DNA of 64,000 nucleotides, from the NCBI GenBank assembly GCA_963783885.1, contig CAWAPJ010000008.1, positions 96,001 through 160,000 on the forward strand, in the 5' to 3' direction. Within the stretch, counting starts at the first letter, position 1. Each line of letters opens with the position of its first letter. Shown here one piece after another: positions 58,735 to 64,000 of this stretch. Under the pieces are notes generated by a model that worked only from the letters and a program-made list of their open reading frames with translations, made no database searches and had not been told where the DNA came from. The DNA is from Waddliaceae bacterium. GTDB taxonomy: Bacteria > Chlamydiota > Chlamydiia > Chlamydiales > SLFE01. The position numbers and the translations under genes were made by a program.

Positions 58735-59877
58735 TTAGAAGCTGAATCCAGCTCTAACAGTCAAACCTTGGTAAGTGACGTTTCCATGTGGACCAAACTG
58801 GTAGCTGCTGCCTTCTCCGTCAGAATCACTATTGACGAAGATGAATCTGTTAAGATTCCACCAAACTTGGTTTTCCCAGCCGACGAATACAAAAACATCG
58901 TAGCAGTCGCACATGGTTGTGTCGTAGCGAAGTCCGAATAACAGTTCAGTTACCGGAATCAACGCACAGCGATCTGTTTTAAGATCGAGGTTGTTGTACG
59001 GATCTACTGTATCTACATCATTCGTGTAGTAGTCCCTGCGGTGGACTTCTATATCCGACCAAACGGTGGATACGGCAACTCCTCCAACCAAGCTGATGCA
59101 TGGAGAGAATCTCCAGGCAGCGTCGAATCCGCCTCGAAGACCGATACCGTCAAAGTCGGTCTTGTTATGGATGTCGACACGCTCAGTGACTGTTGTCGTA
59201 TCTGCGCTTTCGTAGCGGACTTTATATTTCAGTTCCTGCCATGTAGCTTTGAACCCTAAGTGAGGGCGGAAGTCAAAGCAGCAGTTGACAGAAAATGTAC
59301 GGCCAAGGCCGAAGTCCAATACGTTGTATGTTGAGTCCCACTCGGCTCTTGCGAGGCTGAGAGGATTCAAAACATCAGGATTAAGTCCTAGATTCCAGAT
59401 AAGCGGCTGAAGATCAACAGCTCCATCTCCTACAGTCGGCTCATAGGGGTTTCTCACTTCATGGTTGAAGCAATTATTCAACCATGTGTATTGGGCATAG
59501 AAATCCCAGTTGCAGCAACCGAGATCAACGACCAACCCGACTCGGAATCCCGGTTCGAGTTCGCACTCAGGGGAGACAATGTAGCCATGTCCGTCAACCG
59601 CAGTTACTGCACTAGCGCCAAAGCCATCCTTACGTGCATATTCCAATCCTTCCGGATGGACTTGCCAGTAAATAAAGTCGGCATATACGACAAAGTCGGG
59701 CAGCTCGCAGGCGCAAGGATCCCAGCATGTATCCGGACAGCAATTATCCGCATAGTAAGGATCGTAAGCGGCTGATAGAGAACCGACGGTGCCTGTCAAA
59801 GTCAACAAAGCCGCGCCAATAGCTAAAGCTTTGTTAAAGGTCCCTTTAAAGGACGCTCCATTTTTGTGAAGAGACAT
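58735..59877 (-). CDS. Cysteine-rich MOMP-like outer-membrane beta-barrel (paralog of 57524-58600)
   Basis: Same motifs as its neighbour, terminal AGFSF, and an AGGAG RBS before ATG 59877. Confidence 0.8.
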   Translation of the reverse strand: MSLHKNGASFKGTFNKALAIGAALLTLTGTVGSLSAAYDPYYADNCCPDTCWDPCACELPDFVVYADFIYWQVHPEGLEYARKDGFGASAVTAVDGHGYIVSPECELEPGFRVGLVVDLGCCNWDFYAQYTWLNNCFNHEVRNPYEPTVGDGAVDLQPLIWNLGLNPDVLNPLSLARAEWDSTYNVLDFGLGRTFSVNCCFDFRPHLGFKATWQELKYKVRYESADTTTVTERVDIHNKTDFDGIGLRGGFDAAWRFSPCISLVGGVAVSTVWSDIEVHRRDYYTNDVDTVDPYNNLDLKTDRCALIPVTELLFGLRYDTTMCDCYDVFVFVGWENQVWWNLNRFIFVNSDSDGEGSSYQFGPHGNVTYQGLTVRAGFSF

Positions 59878-60115
59878 TGATGTCACTCCTTTTTTTGTTT
59901 AGTTTCTATTTCGCAAGCGTTGAAATAGCCTATCACCACTATTTAGGCGATGTCTTCCTTACATTACAAAAGAGTTAAATTACTGGCAATATAAATAGTA
60001 AAAAAATGTATTTGGTATCTCCGAAAGAACCTTTTCATTCAAAAAGCATTGGCTGAAAATGGTAAATTAATTTATAATATGAACGTAAAATCTTTATTTT
60101 GCTAGAGATACTGGC

Positions 60116-60664
60116 ATGAAGGAATCTTACAGACTGAACACAAGTAATCCCGGAAAACTGAAGGAATATCAAAGTTTTTTCGAAAAACACGGATTGCGGC
60201 TTGATGTTTCGGGTATCGATCTCGTTGAAATAGATGCCGATCCTCTCACTGTCATCATCCATAAGGCCAGTCAAATCGACGACGGTGTTTTGGTCGATGA
60301 TACCAGCCTGGAAATAGAAGATTGCGATATCGGAGTCAATATCAAATGGCTTCTCGATGATCTGGACAAGAATTTGGGAAGAAAAGCTGTCTGGACAGTT
60401 TTTCTGGCTCGAAGGCAAAATGATAATGTGTATATCTATAGCGGAAAGGTTGCCGGTCGGATTGTCTTGCCCAGAAACCGTGGCGGTTTTGGATTCGATC
60501 CCTATTTTCTTCCGGAAGCAGCGGCAAAAACTTTGTCGGAAGATAAACCGGACTGTAACAATGCAAGAGCTTTGGCTGTCAAGAATTTAGTGGAAGAAAA
60601 ACCTTTTGCGATACGTTCTCCCATATATCATTGGGAAGGACCCTGGCAAAACAAGCATACATAA
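60116..60664 (+). CDS. Ham1/ITPase-family non-canonical purine NTP pyrophosphatase
   Basis: TSNPGKLKE, VDDTSL and FGFDPYF. Confidence 0.88.
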   Translation: MKESYRLNTSNPGKLKEYQSFFEKHGLRLDVSGIDLVEIDADPLTVIIHKASQIDDGVLVDDTSLEIEDCDIGVNIKWLLDDLDKNLGRKAVWTVFLARRQNDNVYIYSGKVAGRIVLPRNRGGFGFDPYFLPEAAAKTLSEDKPDCNNARALAVKNLVEEKPFAIRSPIYHWEGPWQNKHT

Positions 60665-60675
60665 AGGAGATGTAT

Positions 60676-61089
60676 ATGTATCCGGTTTCCCAAACCCCGC
60701 TTAACTCTCAATATTTCGAAGACCAGTTAAGAAACCTAGTCCAGGACTCCCTGGAAAAGCTGAGTCAAATTGCTTGTAACAGTTTCAATGAGCAAGACCA
60801 TCCTATCGTCAAAAGCGTTATTTTGGAGACAATGGAGCCCGGGCTGTCGAGTTTCCACTTTGGGAATAGGCTCTATGAGAATCTCAAAAAAGTTAGCCAA
60901 AATGCCGCTAACGATTACAGTGCTAGTGCTCAGCAAACCATCCATGGGTTGCGCCTTCAAACAACTTCTTTAAAGAATCGGACATGCCTCTATAATGAAC
61001 TTGCCAGGATAAAGCAGCTCCATAAAGAATTTGTGATTTCTCATTTGTCGGATTTGATCAAGGAACTGAGAAAACGGCTTGAGAAATAA
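60676..61089 (+). CDS. Hypothetical helical protein
   Basis: AAGGAG RBS before ATG 60676; no recognised motif. Confidence 0.55.
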   Translation: MYPVSQTPLNSQYFEDQLRNLVQDSLEKLSQIACNSFNEQDHPIVKSVILETMEPGLSSFHFGNRLYENLKKVSQNAANDYSASAQQTIHGLRLQTTSLKNRTCLYNELARIKQLHKEFVISHLSDLIKELRKRLEK

Positions 61090-61108
61090 CATCTCAAGCC
61101 GTCTTAAT

Positions 61109-62677
61109 CTATTTCACTGCCGCCCGGCTTTTAGCTCCAAGCCTTTCGAGTATATGGCTGCCGACCCTAAGCGCGTTGGCAATGATTGTCAGCGAGGGGT
61201 TGACAGCTGACGCAGAAGGGAAGAAGCTGGCGTCGACGACATAGAGGTTGTCGAGGTCGTGAGCTTTGCAGTTGATATCGAGGGCCGATGTTTTGGGATC
61301 GGTTCCGAAACGGACCGTCCCGCACTGGTGGGCAACGCCCGCAATGGGTATTTTCTTTCCTAAATAAAGATTGTTTCTCAGCAGTTTTTTCTCGCACCCG
61401 ATATGTTCGAGTATGCTCTCGAGTTTATTGATGAGCTTTTGGTGCGACTGCAGGTTGTTTTCCGTATAGGCCAGGTGAAGGCGTCCGTCCTTGTCGACTG
61501 TGACTCTGTTGTTTGGGTCGGGCAGATCTTCTGTTGTCAGCCAAAAGTCGATCGAGTGGGTCGCCATTTCTTCCAACACTTTCAGGGGAGTGACTTTGGG
61601 CGCGTCTCCTTTTAGCATTTCCGCGTCCGATTTGCCGAGCATCTGGATAAGCCCCATTGGGTATTGATAGTCGTCTGCGCCATAGTAAAAGTCGGTCAGA
61701 GCGAGTGTTTTTTGAAATTTCGTCAGGTTCGGATGAATGGAGAGGGCCATCAAAGCGCTGTTGTTGTGGCACATATAGTGCCTGCCGACGACATCGGAGC
61801 TGTTGGCAAGCCCTTTGGGGTGTTTGTCGTTTGCCGAGCGGAGCAAAAGGGCGGCCGAATTGGCGGCGCCGCAAGAGACGACAACGATATCTCCGGTATA
61901 GACGCTTTCGCTGCCATCGTGCTGCACATGCACCCCGGTAACGGTTTTTCCTGAATCGTCAGTTGTCAGCTTTTGTACATAGCTGTTTCTCACAAGGGTG
62001 ACATTGCTGTTTTCAAGCGATGGGTCGACAGCGACGACCTGAGCGTCGGCCTTGGCGTCCACAAGGCAGGGGAAACCGTCGCATGTGCTGCATTTGATGC
62101 AGGGACTTTTGTGCCAGTTGGACTCGTCAAGCCTAAGGCCCAAGGGGAGATGAAAGGGTTTAAACCCCTTTTTCTCAAGATCTTCCGAGAGCTTCTGGAT
62201 GCGCGGCTCATGGGCGACGGGCGGATATTTGTAAGGGGATTCATCGGGAGGCTCTGTCGGATCTTCTCCTCTGAGTCCATGAACATGGTAGAGCTCTTCG
62301 GCTTGCAGGTAGTGAGTCTTTAAGTCTTGATAGTCGAGAGGCCAGGCAGGGGAGGTTCCTCCTTTGTGCTTCACCTCGCCGAAGTCCGTCTCCCTCATCC
62401 GCATCAAGGCGGCGCCGTAGAGTTTGGTGTTGCCGCCGACGCCATAGAAAGCCCCGGGGCGGAATTCCTGCCCGTCTTTATCGACCCACATTTCCTGGGT
62501 GTGGTATTTCTGGTCGAGAAAGACCGCTTTGGACCGCCAGTTGTCTTTTTCGCGGGGGAGGTAGTCGCCCCGCTCTAAAATGAGGATTTTTTTATCGGAA
62601 TTTTGCGACAGATGGCGGGCGAGGGTGCCCCCGCCGGCTCCGCTTCCGATAATGATCACATCGAAGTGCTGGTCCAT
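61109..62677 (-). CDS. GMC family oxidoreductase
   Basis: IIGSGAGGG, VGGNTK, CIKCSTCDGFPC, HQCGTVRFG and NPSLTIIANALRV. Confidence 0.92.
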   Translation of the reverse strand: MDQHFDVIIIGSGAGGGTLARHLSQNSDKKILILERGDYLPREKDNWRSKAVFLDQKYHTQEMWVDKDGQEFRPGAFYGVGGNTKLYGAALMRMRETDFGEVKHKGGTSPAWPLDYQDLKTHYLQAEELYHVHGLRGEDPTEPPDESPYKYPPVAHEPRIQKLSEDLEKKGFKPFHLPLGLRLDESNWHKSPCIKCSTCDGFPCLVDAKADAQVVAVDPSLENSNVTLVRNSYVQKLTTDDSGKTVTGVHVQHDGSESVYTGDIVVVSCGAANSAALLLRSANDKHPKGLANSSDVVGRHYMCHNNSALMALSIHPNLTKFQKTLALTDFYYGADDYQYPMGLIQMLGKSDAEMLKGDAPKVTPLKVLEEMATHSIDFWLTTEDLPDPNNRVTVDKDGRLHLAYTENNLQSHQKLINKLESILEHIGCEKKLLRNNLYLGKKIPIAGVAHQCGTVRFGTDPKTSALDINCKAHDLDNLYVVDASFFPSASAVNPSLTIIANALRVGSHILERLGAKSRAAVK

Positions 62678-62687
62678 CGGCTGCCTC

Positions 62688-63551
62688 CTATCCATTAGTT
62701 GTGAATCCGGCATAAAGGGTCATGCCGCCGTCGACAAAGATCGTCGTGCCGTTGACATAGTCGCTGTCGTCCGAGGCGAGCCAGACGGCTGCCCGGCCGA
62801 TATCCTCGGGTTCGCCGATTCGGTTGTAGGGAATCAGTTCCATCAGCTTTTCATAAGCTTCGGGAGTGTCCCATGCATCTTTGTTGATGGGCGTCCTGAT
62901 TGCTCCAGGGGCGATAGCGTTGACGCGGATGCGGTGCGGCGCCACTTCCTGGGCGATGCTTTCCATCATCATTTTGATGCCCCCTTTGGACGAGGCATAG
63001 TTGACGTGGCCTGCCCAGGGAATTTCTTGGTGGACTGAGCTCATGCAGATGATTTTTCCCGCGGCGCAGGAGACTTCTTTTCTGACGCCCCTTCGCTTGA
63101 ATTCTTTGACCGCTTCTCGGGCGCAGAGGAATTGTCCGGTCAGATTGACGCTGAGAACCAGATTCCATTTGGCCAGGGTCATCTCTTCAAGCGGAGCGTC
63201 CTGCTGCAGGCCGGCATTGCTGCAGAGAATGTCGATAGTGCCGAACTCCTGCCGCATTTTGTCGAACATGTCGGTCACCTGGTCTTCCTGCGAAACATCG
63301 GCCTGATGCGCGTAGACATTTTTGCAGCCGTTTTTTTTAATTTCTTCGACAACTTCCTGGGCTTTATCTCCCCCTTTGTGGTAGTTGACAACCACGTCGG
63401 CTCCGGCAAGGCCCATGGAAATAGCGATTCCTTTGCCGATCCCCGAGTCGGCTCCGGTAACGAGGGCTTTTTGCCCCTTCAGGACCTTTTCTATTGGTTT
63501 TGAGGGCATTTGCACATCAGGCAATTGCTGTTTTCTTAGAGCTCCTCTCAT
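62688..63551 (-). CDS. SDR oxidoreductase, glucose 1-dehydrogenase-like
   Basis: [22 protein letters not shown] and DGGMTLY. Confidence 0.88.
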   Translation of the reverse strand: MRGALRKQQLPDVQMPSKPIEKVLKGQKALVTGADSGIGKGIAISMGLAGADVVVNYHKGGDKAQEVVEEIKKNGCKNVYAHQADVSQEDQVTDMFDKMRQEFGTIDILCSNAGLQQDAPLEEMTLAKWNLVLSVNLTGQFLCAREAVKEFKRRGVRKEVSCAAGKIICMSSVHQEIPWAGHVNYASSKGGIKMMMESIAQEVAPHRIRVNAIAPGAIRTPINKDAWDTPEAYEKLMELIPYNRIGEPEDIGRAAVWLASDDSDYVNGTTIFVDGGMTLYAGFTTNG

Positions 63552-64000
63552 GAATTTCTCCTCTTATTTCTTCCCCGCCGGATTGCTGGAGCAGTTTTGC
63601 CGTCAGGCCTGTCCATCCGGTTTGATGGCCGGCTCCCAAGCCGTATCCTGTGTCTCCATGAAAGTATTCATTGAACAGGATGCAGTCTTTCCAATGGGGG
63701 TTTTTTTGAAAAATAGTTCTATCACCGTAGATGGGGCGCTTTCCTTCTTGGTTTTTTAAAAATAGGCAGTTTAATCGGCGCGACAGCTCTGTCGCAACAT
63801 CCCAGAGGTTCATGTACTGCCCGGAACCTGTGGGGCATTCCACTTTAAGATCGTCACCGTAGTAGTGGTAAAATTTTTGAAGCGATTCGATAATGAGAAA
63901 GTTGATCGGAAACCAGACAGGCCCTCGCCAATTCGAGTTGCCTCCGAAAAGTCCGCTTTCCGATTCCGCCGGCTGGTAGCTGATGTTGAATTCCTGGGTG
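63517..64000 (-). CDS. GH63/MGH1-like glycoside hydrolase, C-terminal part (runs off the right edge)
   Basis: The frame is open to the window end: [16 protein letters not shown]...ECPTGSG...[23 protein letters not shown]. Confidence 0.85.
   Translation of the reverse strand, partial: TQEFNISYQPAESESGLFGGNSNWRGPVWFPINFLIIESLQKFYHYYGDDLKVECPTGSGQYMNLWDVATELSRRLNCLFLKNQEGKRPIYGDRTIFQKNPHWKDCILFNEYFHGDTGYGLGAGHQTGWTGLTAKLLQQSGGEEIRGEIHERSSKKTAIA

Overview
Chromosomal window from an environmental member of the phylum Chlamydiae. Diagnostic features are the hisS-uhpC-dnaE-bamD-lptE-rsbW order, lnt-lpxC-fabZ-lpxA-fmt, an S10/spc/alpha ribosomal cluster that starts at rplC and lacks rpsJ, rpsN, rpmD, adk and rpsD, gapA-grgA, cysteine-rich MOMP-like porins and a DUF648-type protein. 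Accessory DNA lies at about 2.6-3.7 kb, 9-11.8 kb and after tRNA-Leu(TAA) at 44-51 kb. The most unusual signals are four. (1) An IS982-family system appears in three forms: a full element, a 156-bp palindromic MITE and a 27-bp scar. The IS left end and the MITE share a hairpin scaffold of almost identical geometry (identical 20-nt cap, tandem GA/GA mismatch, G.U wobbles on the + strand) but have different, compensated stem sequences. (2) An IS903-group element carries a divergently transcribed GxxExxY gene and is bounded by ~59-bp extended inverted repeats built from CAC(A/T)GAG units. (3) dnaE apparently starts at an ATT codon. (4) rplB and grgA each contain a single-base frameshift, probably an assembly error. 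All calls come from reading the sequence and recognising motifs; no database searches were run.
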